A stretch of DNA of 64,000 bases from Azolla caroliniana (taxonomy: Eukaryota > Plantae > Polypodiophyta): positions 5,890,001 to 5,954,000 of the forward strand of contig JBHGNT010000010.1 in assembly GCA_043228905.1 (NCBI GenBank), in the 5' to 3' direction. The position numbers and the translations under genes were made by a program. Positions 25,515 to 37,977 of the stretch are shown one piece after another; the stretch's first letter is position 1; each line of letters opens with the position of its first letter. The notes beneath the pieces are model-generated. The model was not told where the DNA came from. It ran no database searches and saw nothing but the letters and a program-made list of their open reading frames with translations.

Positions 25515-28236
25515 TCATATATGAGATCCATCATTTCCCAGAGATACGGCTTCCCCTTCAGACCCACCCGATGAACTAGAAGAGCTTTGTGAGGTCTCAT
25601 CCTCATCATCACTAGCAACCAATGCATTGTCTTCATCCAATTGCAATCCAATGTCACCGTGATTATGAGACATACTCCTTGTTCGTCTCTGTGTTGCGTC
25701 AACAAGCACATATGGGATCTTCTCTTTTATTATCTTGATTGTAGTCTGTCTTAGATGGCCCGTTTTGGTCAAGGAGAAGTCATACACGAGTATTTCGACA
25801 TTATCAAGTGTTAGAGTAGACGTACTTGGTAGATTCTTTCTTCTTTGCTTTCTCCTTGTGCCTTCGACATCCTTAACCATCTCTAAAGAGTACTTCCCAG
25901 TAAATGCATCTTTGGAAGAGGTATGATACCAATGAACCATAATAGACTTTACTTGATTGCCTTCATCATCCTTAATAATTTCAATGATTTTGGCAATCCA
26001 GAAGGGATGGCCCAACTTATCACCCCCTGCTAATGTTGCAACCAACATACCAACTTGTAGCTCATGTAGATTGCCTTGCCACCTGGCCTCTGCAACATGC
26101 GATAATCTTGTTCCCACGTAAATATCTCTTTGTCATGGATGAACTAGATTATTCAATTCAAGATTATCTAGTGGTTGTAAAGGAGTCGTGTTTGCCATTG
26201 ATGGGCCACCAAGCGCCCATTCGAATTGATTTTGTAGTGGCCAATACCTTGTAAAGTGGTGATGATTAAAGAAGACATCCCACCAATCCACATCCTGATT
26301 ACCAGCGTACTTTTTGGTTCGCTCAATATTTATTTGTATTTCGTCAAGGCACCACATCCAATATATCTTTTGCTCTTCAATTGAACTACCAACAACCAAT
26401 CTTTTATCGTCGTCATAGGGCATTTGCTCAGCACCATAGATTATTGCATCTGGGAAATGCAATAAGAGCCTACATCCGTCTTGTGGCTCCCATTGTGAAC
26501 TAGATGAGTATTGTTTGGCATACAACATGGTCTAGTTGTGATCGACCACACTTTTTTGGATGAGGAAGATGTGGTTAAAACTTATATTATTAAGTAGAGC
26601 AAGAACCCTACATCCAGTCCCATCACCATCCAAACAAAAGCACTTGAAATCATATACTTCATTTAAATGTTGCACATCTGGCTTGTGGGTATAAGCTTCA
26701 ACAATCAACCTTGATAGCACAGGAAGTGTGAAAGCATCACACCTCGCTAATTTCTTGGAGAACCTACTACACATTTGATCTATGTGATCATGTGTATGAC
26801 CAACTAGCAAGAAGTTGACCTTAATCTTTTTGAAAATACCCTTGTCTACTAACATGCTCAAATAACCAAACACAGTTGAGTTCTTGTTTTCTCTCGCCGT
26901 ATTGTCAAGTTGCACGTATAATACTGGTGGGAGTAAACCTTGCCAACTCTGCAAACCTCTTTGCATGACTATCACTGTAAGATTAGGGTTGTTGTGGATA
27001 TTTGGATAAGTTAGGAACACTTGAGGCCTTATTGTTTGACAATACAGAAGACATCCTACTAAGTGCATCTGCACTAGGCATTCATCTCCAACATCCTTGG
27101 GCAACCTTCGAAAATGTGGCAAACAAGTTTTCTTCTGATCCATCCCATCTAAAATCAAGCACATATATCTTTCTGGTGATTGAAGCACTTTTTGACGATG
27201 GTGCATAGCTTTAGATCTTTCCAACGCTTGGCTTTCTTGATGTTCTCTCAATAAATTCTTATATTTTGTTATTTCTTCATTTGTTGTCCCACTCTTGGCC
27301 ATGCTTTTTAAACTCACACATATAGAACAAACACCCATCCGGACCTTGCGGGGCATGACCACATTGTTAAACTTCGATCTCCATAAACGATTAAAATATC
27401 GATATTGTATGTAAGGTACACTTTCTAATAACATGTCATCCTTATACGCTTGGTATACCTCACAACGAGTGAAGTTATCTGACAAATGTAACCTTCTAGT
27501 GGTGGGCATAACATCACATTGCTTCGAGAAATATATCTCCATCCATCTAACGACATGCCACCCAATTAGACCCTTACATGTAGATTCTGTATTGTTGAAA
27601 GGTACCCACCACCCCTTAAGTAATCGATGTTGAATTCTTTGTAGCCTCATGTTCCCGATGCTATAGGCAATTTTAAAAGAAACTCGACAACTCTTCATAG
27701 TAAGTGAAAGGTAGTATTCCACCTGCTGAGAACATGACACTGCCAGATGGTCCTTAACAAGTTGCATATTGGCAATCAAGAATGTATCTTGTTTGTCGCC
27801 ATTGAGAGACAAATACTTTGGTCGCAACCCCCAAAAGTTTTCCTTTCCAAATATTGATAGACAAAAGCTCCCACAACATACCTTGCATATATCAATTGCA
27901 ATTTGGCGATCCGAACACAGAAAATTATATCGTTTAGCACTCACTTGTCGAGGAACTCTTTGAAAATTTAGAGGCTTGTTGACACAGTCGTCATCAACAT
28001 TCGGAAAACCGGACTCGTCATGATTTTTATCTACTTTAATATTACTTATTTTACCTTAGTTAAAAGGCTCTATCGAAAAAAGTGACGTCGAACTTTGCTC
28101 TCAATCGTCGTTTGACTATATATGGCATTGTTAATTATTAACATGGTTATATTCCTCGATTGAGAATAACAAGTTATCAGATAATTTAAAAGACTCAATA
28201 GAAAAACAAATTTTTTTTACTCGAGTTTGAGGACAT
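25515..28236 (-). pseudogene. Sola-like DDD transposase (DUF7869-type) with a C-terminal BAH/Tudor-like barrel and acidic tail
   Basis: ORFs 26532-27944, 26133-26528 and 25515-26117 share one frame, split by stops at 26532 and 26133. Motifs CSIC, LILDGMDQ, VQLDNTARENKN, FLLVGHTHDHIDQ. Frame is open upstream to 28055. Likely ATG at 28236, with one indel and further stops in the N-terminal part. Confidence 0.78.
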
Positions 28237-28492
28237 TTTGAGTAAGGGGGGCTAAGATCACGGGAGTCCAAAATAGGCTCAAGTTTAGTTCTATAATAAG
28301 CACCATGTCCAAAAGCATTAATTTAAAATAAAAAAATTTAAAAACTATTTTAAAAAATAAAAATAAAAAACAAAACTATATAAGGAAAAGTCATCTTCTC
28401 ATTGTTCAAGCAATAAAAGAGCACAGGAGCACAAAGCAACCAAGACTTCCAATTTTCGCCTCCCCAATCAAGTCGACACCAATGTCACCAAC
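28237..28492. promoter_or_regulatory. Putative bidirectional promoter between the transposase and the methyltransferase gene
   Basis: ~256-bp AT-rich gap between inferred divergent ATGs; TATA-like CTATATAAG at ~28376-28384. Confidence 0.4.
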
Positions 28493-28630
28493 ATGAACAA
28501 GGGAACAAAGATTGCCAAGTATGTTTTCCGAACTATATTTTTAGATTCTTTAAAGATTCCTAAAAGATTCCTTTGTGTGTTTGTTAATTTCTGCATCCAG
28601 AATTCGATGCTTTCAATCGAGTTCTCATAA

Positions 28631-28728
28631 TTTCAACGGGAACTCGATGCACTGCGGCAAGTTCCCATTGAAAGAGAACACCCTTTCAACAGGAACTTGA
28701 TGCACTGCATCGAGTTCCCGTTGAAAGG
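28631..28728. repeat. Two tandem 43-bp palindromes in intron 1 of the methyltransferase gene
   Basis: Consensus TTTCAACGGGAACTCGATGCA-C-TGCATCGAGTTCCCGTTGAAA at 28631-28673 and 28684-28726. Confidence 0.85.
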
Positions 28729-30049
28729 CGGGACTTTCATGATTGATATACTAGAATTGGTCACTTTCTTGCTATTTTTTGGCATTTTTTTCAATGTTTT
28801 TATGTAACATTACACCCCTAAACGGGTGATTTTCGCCTACTTTTGCAGAACTTTACCTTAGTTTTCTGGTTTACGTTGTGGACTTTTAAGATTATCTATA
28901 TATCATTGTGTTATTGCCTGTTGTTGCAGTGAATGACGACAGAAGGTTCCATCCTTCAAATTGAAGATTCCCTCCCCAACAAAGAAAACTTCCGACACCA
29001 TGCCCAAGCCTGACTCACGCAAAATGTTTGTTGAGTTGAGAGCGGATGGAACTTCGTACACTTTAGGCGAAAAGAGTAGTGGGGAACCTCATATGAAGAG
29101 CTACCCTCATGACGAGTGGACACTAATCTATACCCAGGACGAAGGAGATTTGCTCCTTATTTTTGCGAAATCTGAAGGTGAGGGCAAGTTGCTGGGGAAG
29201 ACTTTCACCTACAATCATGTAAAGAACATCGAATACAAAGATAACGAATCATCGAACCTCTTGTTCGATGTTGATAGCTTGATGGGGATGCACAAAGTCA
29301 GGATAGATGAACAAAATTTTGTAACTGACTCATGCCACCCGAAAGCTTTGAAAAAGGATGTCCAGACTAAAAATAATTTGATTGTTGCTTTGCGCCCTTA
29401 TATTAAGGGAGAGTTGATGGTCTCACAAGCTACCACACCACCAAAGTCTGTCAATAAATCAAAACCGGAACATAAGAAGTACAAGAAAAGGCAGCAACCT
29501 GAGGACGACGAGCCTGAGGTACTCAAGTTCGTGGAAGATGAGTAGGAAGATACCGAGGTCGAATTTATTCTTCCAGGGGGTCACATTGCATCGGGAGTAC
29601 TCACCTAAGAGCAAAATCGGATCAGAGAAAACATTGTAAAGACGAAGCTTGTCCATAAAGGACAACTATTTCACTTGCCGATCTCCTCTATTCAGAGGCC
29701 ACCCATTGATCCGAAAACAGGGAGACGGGCTCTAGAAATAAGAGAGCCACATTCAATGCATGTGCAAAACTTAAAAAGAAAAATGAAGATAAATCCACAT
29801 GCCACTATAGTGCCATTCTTAGTAATGGTAGACCCTGATCAGTGCACAACTGTTGCTGACTTTAAGTACAGTTTGGCTGACGATTACACATACTATGTGA
29901 TTGGAGGATCCCACTCTGCTGAAGCTCGATGTCAACTTGTGAAGGAGTATCCTCTTACTCCATTCTTCAAGTATGCAAAATGTAAAGTGTATGTTGTCCT
30001 TACACATGAAGAAGCCAAGTTGTTAGCTTGGGATCATAACAACGATAAT

Positions 30050-33000
30050 TGATAGAAATTGACGCTTTCAAAACCTTCACCTCGCGGCCACAACCGAGGA
30101 AACACGAGTCAATGCAGCAGTAAATCGAAAACACAGAGAAAGGCTCGAATGCACAGGGTTTAGCGTGGAAAACCCTAGACGGGAAAAACCACGGGAGTGC
30201 AAGACTCCAACTATCACTATACGCAGGGAATGTACAATGGCGAGCTGCAAGGCGACGACCTTGAGCTCGCTGTCCTCGCCACAGACGGCGGTATTACACA
30301 GAGGCGTCGACCTCTTCCTTTCTCTCTCTCTCTCTCACTCTCTCTCTCGTCGGCTCTCACTTCGCTCCCTCTAAGTGGAAAACAGAAAAATGAGCAACAA
30401 CAACAAAACTGTTTGCCCTAAGTCTTATTTATACACATATGACTTTCGGGCTATTTACAAATATAGCCTAGAGGGCCCTTGGCAAACATATTCACAAATA
30501 TGTCCCCGCATCCGGATCTCTCTCCGGGTACATTCGTCATCCGGTTCCGATACCGGGTACTCCTCATTCGGGTCTTCATTCCCGATTCCCGGACATCTGA
30601 CCATCCCATCCGGAGGGACCGTAATCCCAACAAACTCCCCCTTCACTTCGGCATGGGATGTCTTTCCAGTCCGACCCTCTTCCGGCACGCTTCCAGCTTG
30701 TCGGGTGTGAGCACTTTGGTCAGCATATCTGACCCGTTCTCGTCCGTATGGATCTTCGTCAGCACGAACTCCTGGTCTTCTATCCTTTCCCGGATCCAGT
30801 GATATCTTCGCTGGATGTGCTTCGTCCGGGAGTGATAGGCCGCATTCTTCGCAAGGTGGAAGGCACTCTGACTGTCGCAGTAGAGTCGGTACTCCTCTTG
30901 CCGGATACCGAGCTCTCTAATGAAGTCCTTCATCCATATTATTTCCTTGCCGGCTTCAACAACCCTAAACCCTAAACCCTTTGTCTTGGGGCTTTGCTTG
31001 CTGGACAACTTGCAGTTTGCCGGGAGGGTTGACCCGACCGGTCTTGCTTCCGACATGTTGAACCGGTGAAGCACCTTTGTCACGTACTTCTCCTGTGACA
31101 GCCACAACTGCTTCGTCTTCCGGTCCCGGATGATGTGCATCCCTAGTATTTGCCTCGCCGGACCCAGGTCCTTCATTGAGAAGGTTCGGTGAAGCGCTTT
31201 CTTCAGCATCCGTATCTTGCCCTGGTCCCGTCCGACGATCAACATGTCGTCCACGTACAGGAGGAGTATTAGAAAGTCTCCTCCTTCGAACTTCTTCACA
31301 AACACGCAGTGATCGGACTGCGTTTTGTGGTACCCTTCGTCGGTCATGAAAGAGTCGAACTTCCGGTACCATTGCCGGGGAGCCTGCTTCAGTCCGTAAA
31401 GGCTCTTCTTCAACCGGCATACCAGGTGCTCCTTCCCTTTCTTCTCGAATCCTTCCGGTTGCTGCATGTAGATCTCTTCTTCGAGGTCACCGTGAAGGAA
31501 TGCCGTCTTCACGTCCATCTGTTCTACCTCGAGGTCCATGCTTGCCGCTATGCTCAGCACCGTCCGGATGGAGGTCATCTTCACTACCGGGGCAAATATC
31601 TCGTCGAAGTCGACGCCCTTCTTCTGCTGGAACCCCTTCACCACGATCCTGGCTTTGTATCTCGGGGGGTTTCCGGCATCTCCCGGTTTCAGCTTGAACA
31701 CCCACTTGTTTCGAAGTGCCCGCTTTCCTTTCGGCAACTCCACAAGTTCATATGTGTGGTTCTCATGCAGGGAATCCATCTCCTCCTGCATGGCACTTAA
31801 CCACCTGCGGCTATGGGTGTCAAGCTTTGCTTCTTCAAAACTCTCCGGCTCCCCCTCGTCGGTTAACAGCACGTGCTCTGGTTCCGGAAATCTCCGGGGG
31901 GCCCTTCTCTCTCTTAGAGGATATCTCCGTTCCGGAGCTTCGGTAACCGGCTCCTCCGTTTCCTCTTCATCCGAATCCATTTCGGGATCGGGGCCGGTTC
32001 CGGTATCAGTTTCATCTTCCTTGGCCGGTTCTGTTTCTTCACCGTCTTCGGCCGGATCCTCGAGTGCTAACCGGTCCCTTGCCGGTCGGGACTGCTCCTC
32101 GTAGAGTTGATCCTCACCGGTCGACTTGGAGCTCTTCATCTTCTTCTCCGACTCCCAGTCGGCGAGTGTCTTGTCCTCCATGAAGATGATATCACGACTC
32201 CAGAATATCTTTTTGTCGACCGGGTCCCATACTCGGTAGCCGAACTCGTCATCGCCGTAACCGAGGAATATGCATGGCCGGGTCTTTGGATCTAGCTTTC
32301 CTCTCCGGTCCTTTGCCACATGCACATATGCGAGACACCCGAACACCTTCAGATGCCGGTAGGATACTTCCCTACCGGTCCACACTCTCTGCGGCGTGTC
32401 TCCGTCCAAAGGTACTGAGGGTGATCTGTTTATCACGTATGTCGCCGTCGACATTGCCTCAGCCCAAAACCCCTTGGGTAATTTCGCATGCGCCAGCATA
32501 CTCCGGACCCTCTCCATTATGGTCCGGTTCATCCTCTCGGCCAGCCCGTTCAGTTCCGGCGTCTTCGGCACAGTAAACTCGAGCCGGATTCCCTTCGAGC
32601 GACAGTACTCCTCGAACTGCCCCCGGTATTCCCCTTCGTTATCCGCTCGTATCGCTTTCAGCTTCTTGCCGGATTCCCTTTCCACTCTCGCGTGGAGTTC
32701 TTTGAAGACGCACAACACTTGGTCCTTTGTCTTCAACGGTGCCGTCCACAGCTTCCGGCTGTGGTCATCAATGAATGTCACGAAGTACTGGGCTCCGCCA
32801 TGTGACTTCGTTTCTACTTGACACACGTCAGTGTGCACCAACTCCAATGGTGCGCTACGTCTCGTCGGTGGCCTTGAGTGGAAGGAGGTTCGGTTCTGCT
32901 TACTGGCCAGGCAATCGGTGCACTTCTCCAGGTGCACATGCTTCACTGGAATAAGGTTGTCTTCTGCAAGCCTCTTCATCCCCTTCTCACTCATGTGGCA

Positions 33001-34994
33001 CAGTCTCTTGTGCCACAGCTCACCGGCAGTGTCGGCTGCCACGTTCAACTCCTCCGGACACAACCAGGCATTCATAAGGTACAGTGTGTTGACTTTCCGG
33101 GCCCGAGCCACTATCAGGCTCCCCTTGCTGAACTTCATTACGCAGTTCCGGATGCTACCTGTGTAGCCTTCATCGTCTAGCCTCCCGGCCGAAATCAGGT
33201 TCAATCGAACCTCCGGAACGTGTCAGACATCCTTCAGCAACATTTTGCATCCGGTCGAGGTTGTCAACCACACGTCTCCTATGCCGGCAATCCGGCACGT
33301 ACCTTCATTTCCCATCCGAACACAGCCATGCTCATCGGCTGTGTAGGATGAGAAGTATCTTCTTTCCGGGGTCAGGTGGAACGACGCTCCGGAATCGACC
33401 ACCCAGGTAGTCTCATCGCCGGCAATGTTTAGTTCACCTTCTTCGGTGATGAGCATGATCTCCTCTTCACTTGCCGCGAGTGCCGTCGTTCCTTTCCGGT
33501 CCTGCCCTCGCCGATCCGAACCATTCCGGTCCGTGGCTCCCCGGTAAGCACCGTTCCGTTCCGAAGACTTCTTCGAATCGGTGTCGTCGGCTCCATTGTC
33601 TTTTCGGTAATGCTGACAATTCTTTCGGAAGTGCCCCGGCTTCCCACAATGGAAGCATGTGGGCCTTCCTCTTGACTGCGACCGGGTCCCCGACTTCTCC
33701 CGTCTTTGCGGACTCCGGTTCCGTTGTCTTCCCCGATCCGATTCGGTAAGCAGCATCTTCGGATCGGAGGCCGGTTCTTTATCTCTCCGACGCGCTTCTT
33801 CGTTCAAGATGCTTGTCTTTACCGTTTGTAGGGACAAGTTATCTTCGGTGCAGGAGGTGCTGAGAGTCACCACCAAGTTCTCCCAGCTTTCCGGCAATGT
33901 ACACATCAGCATGATGGCTTGCATTGCATCCTCCAACGGGAACTTGATCGCCGCAAGCTGGTTCACGAATCCCATGAACGTGCTTACGTGTTCCACCATA
34001 CTCTCGTCGTCCCGGTACTTGAGGTTCACTATCTTCCTCATCAGGGAGGTCCGGTTCAACGCATTCTTCCTCTCGTAGAGGCCCGACAGCTTCTGCCACA
34101 TCTCATATGCGTTGGTGTCGTTCGCCACATGTTGTAGAACGCTCACGTCGACGTATTGCCGAATGGTTGCAACGGCTTTCCGGTTCAGAAGCCTCCATTC
34201 CGTCTCAAGTACCCCCTTGGGTATTTCCGACCTGTCGATCGGTTCATACAGGTCCCGAACAATGAGCAGATCCTCCATCTTTATCTTCCAGTCGGCGTAG
34301 TTCTGCGCATTCAGCACCATCATCCCCGGCTGCCCGCTGCTGCCGCCTTCCATTTTTTGCACTGCAGTCGCTCTGATACCAGATTGATAGAAATTGACGC
34401 TTTCAAAACCTTCAACTCTCGGCCACAACCGAGGAAACACGAGTCAATGCAGCAGTAAATCGAAAACACAGAGAAAGGCTCGAATGCACAGGGTTTAGCG
34501 TGGAAAACCCTAGACGGGAAAAACCACGGGAGTGCAAGACTCCAACTATCACTATACGCAGGGAATGTACAATGGCGAGCTGCAAGGCGACGACCTTGAG
34601 CTCGCTGTCCTCGCCACAGACGGCGGTATTACACAGAGGCGTCGACCTCTTCCTTTCTCTCTCTCTCTCTCACTCTCTCTCTCGTCGGCTCTCACTTCGC
34701 TCCCTCTAAGTGGAAAACAGAAAAATGAGCAACAACAACAAAACTGTTTGCCCTAAGTCATATTTATACACATATGACTTTCAGGCTATTTACAAATATA
34801 GCCTAGAGGGCCCTTGGCAAACATATTCACAAATATGTCCCCGCATCCGGATCTCTCTCCGGGTACATTCGTCATCCGGTTCCGTAACCGGGTCTTCATC
34901 ATCCGGTTCCGATACCGGGTACTCCTCATTCGGGTCTTCATTCCCGATTCCCGGACATCTGACCATCCCATCCGGAGGGACCGTAATCCCAACA
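30050..34994 (-). mobile_element. Ty1/copia LTR retrotransposon (Tnt1-like), near full length
   Basis: LTRs 30050-30632 and 34385-34994 (TG...CA; about 4 substitutions and a 27-bp indel). TSD ATAAT at 30045-30049 and 34995-34999. PBS TGGTATCAGAGC (tRNA-iMet) and PPT AAGGGGGAG on the minus strand. Confidence 0.97.
30643..34353 (-). pseudogene. Copia gag-pol polyprotein (Gag zinc knuckle, protease DSGAS, integrase, RT YVDD, partial RNase H)
   Basis: ATG at 34353. One in-frame TGA at 33223-33225. In-frame deletion of the RT end/RNase H start at ~30961-30980. Confidence 0.92.
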
Positions 34995-37977
34995 ATAATG
35001 ACTATAGACAGAAGATGTCATGTATCGAGTGCATCAGGGTCTTCCATCATGAGTACATTGATGCGTCGCAAAAATTTGGTCCTCGGCTGCATCCTGGATT
35101 GCGACGACAATGTCTGCTTGAAGTGGGGATAGTAGTTGATGAAAGCACCAAGTCTGAAGGCCTGAGAAAATATGACTCATGGTTTCAACTTGCGTTTAGA
35201 AGAGGGGACTCAAGTGTGGGACCTCCAAGAACGCATTTTTAGTATGTGGGAGCGGAAAGAAATAAAGGGTCAAAGATCAAAGAAGGCTAAGCTCGACCCA
35301 CAAGTGGAGATAAAATCTAAGTCATGTAAAAGTGACTTAGTAATTGAAGAGTTAGCCGAAGATATGAAGCTGCTTCCTTGGTGGTCATTGCAAGGAATTT
35401 AAGATGACAGATTATTAATATCTGTATTATCAAGAGTGGCCGCCAAGGAGTTCAGCCTTGATGAAATGGTGACAGAATTTCAAAAGTGAGTAATCTATGT
35501 GCATGTATCATTTTTTATTGGATTGATTTGTTGTTTTGCTCTTTATTCTAATCTTAGTTTCTTTTGTTTTTTAGCCATAAGGTTTATATGAAGATACAAG
35601 AGCTGATGATGAAAAAGTTTTCCTTGCCTACATGGGAAGAAGTGGAGCAATCGTGCCCAAAAACATCATCGTACAAGGCTCTTGAAGAATTCTTTATCGT
35701 GTTTAGAGAATGGGTATGTATGTTTTACAAATATTAATTGATTTTAGGATAATGGGTTTCTTCTTATAAAATTTATAATTACAGAAACCACCTCGTTCAA
35801 AGAAAATGAGTGACAGCAATGAAGGCATACCAAGCGCTTTCATTACCCATTTTGAATGAGCTAAATATCAGAAATGAATGACAAAAGAAAAGAAGCTCGA
35901 GGTGCTTGAGGACTCAAATACCGTAGAAATCTTTTTGCACAAGAGTGATCCTTTCCGACAATTGTACTATAGTGTATATAAAGGTGATGTGGGTAATATG
36001 CTTGACATATTACCCAAGGGACATTATACATTGCTCGTGGCAGATATACCGTATGGATTCCAAATATCAGGTTCTACATACGATGATGTTCCATACAAAT
36101 ATCCACAAATAGAGAAGATGGTTAAAGACTTCGCGGAGCTGACCCTGGCACCATTATGGAGAATCGTTATATTTCACAGTATGGGTCAGGCTTTATCGGT
36201 CACTATTGCATTGAAGTCGAGATGCCATGCCATCGAACATATGCATTGGTAAGCATTATGTTACTATATATTTAATGTATGGATTCAATCCAGGTGCTTA
36301 GTACATATATATTAACTTGTTTCGATTCAATTATAAAGTAGGGTTAAAACAAACATAACTCGTACCCCGGGTGATCGAATGGTGAGCGTTGTGGAGCACT
36401 TGTGCGTGGGCTATTACGACGTTATTTCTAAGAAGAAGGCTCGAGCACATGTTAATGAGCGGAACGTTGTCAACTATATCATGTGTTCGGCTGTAATGAA
36501 GAAACTATGCCACATGTCTGGCGGTAAGAGTATTTTAAACCCATATAAAAAACCCTCGTGATTGATTAATCGATTGGTCAAGTTGTTCTCGAACTCGGTG
36601 TCGTGAAGAAAACCGTCCATAGGCGGAATCGGCGCACCAAGGCGTGGGAACCGGTTCTTCACGCGCGCACGCTCCAAGTTGTACATAGAAGCGAATTAGG
36701 AGGATAATCGGCAGGAACGGGCCCTAACACGAGTGGAGACAAAGACCGCGAACAGTCTTTTCGGTCGCGCGCGGGAGCGAAGGAACTGTACGAGTCGGCG
36801 GCGTAACTACGCGGATGCGTGAAGAACGGAGCGGATCCCTGTCCAAAAGGGACAGGGAATAAAGCTGACATGACGGCCTGCTCGTCGGCCTATATAAGGA
36901 GCAGGAAAGAGCTTCACCAAGGATCTCGCGGAGAGAGGACGAAGTGCTGCCGGACCGTTTCTGGACGCTTCTCTCTCTGTTTCCTTCCTTCTTGAGCTCC
37001 ATAGCTTTCTGTGCAGGGTTCCGAGGAGGCTCGCGCTGTTTCGAGGAACGCCCGAGTGCTTCCGGCAGCACCTTCGACCTGCTACCCCCCCCTTTGTGCG
37101 TCGAAGCGAACAAGCATCGGCATCTGTTCGCCGGCCTGTTCGGTTGTAACCAACCTGTGCCCCATCGAGGGTTGTAGTCGTGTCAGCCATTTTGTTAATA
37201 TACATAATTAGTCATTCGCATCTGTCTGTGTCGGTGTCTGTTCGCGTTCTCCGTGCTGAAGGGCCGTGTCCCTGTGTATCCCCGGTCCTGCGTAGCCGGT
37301 TCTCTCTCTTTCTCCTCCCTCGCTTGCTCTTTGGTTCGAGACCCCCGCGGTCCCGCCTCGTTTCCACACGCACTTGCGTAATAACGCGACATCTTTGGTG
37401 AACCCGATGTGAAGGAGGCGGCAGAAGAGCAGAAGATGAGGGGGTCGGATCTTGCAGAGGCCATGGCTTCGGCCGTGGATCGGATTGTAAACGCGCGCGA
37501 GGGCACCGGTGCCCTCGACAGAGCTATTGAGGCGGTCGTCGGCACGATCGGCCGGTTCGATGGGAAGGATGCCACGAAGTATTTGGCGTCCTACGGTGCA
37601 GAGATGCTGATGCGGGACATTCCGGAAGAAAGGCGTCTTGCCGGATTTCCCCGAGTGGCGATGCCGAGCATCCATGCGGAGGTGCTCGAGGTGCGGGCGG
37701 AGAGCCGTACCTGGGAGGAGTTCGAAGGTCGGCTCCTAGAGAAATACGGGCTGGACGACGCGCTCCGGCTTTCGAAGCGAAGGTTCATGGAATGGGTGGA
37801 GTCCCCGGGGAAGGGAAGAAACGCGTCGGCACTCCTCCAGGAGTTCGAGGAAAACTTTGCGCGCCTTTCGGCGCTCGACCGAACCATCCTGGACACAAGC
37901 CGGGTCTTGCTGTTTGTCAAGTCGGTCGACGAGCGGGATCGGGAGCAAGTGGGTCTCTTGCTGGAAACCGAAGACGG

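Noticed and set aside
26532-27944. GHTH motif read as an HUH endonuclease (Helitron/Replitron)
   Set aside because: It sits in a D..D..D context with TIRs and a 4-bp TSD, which fits a Sola-type DDD transposase. No catalytic YxxK motif or helicase was seen.
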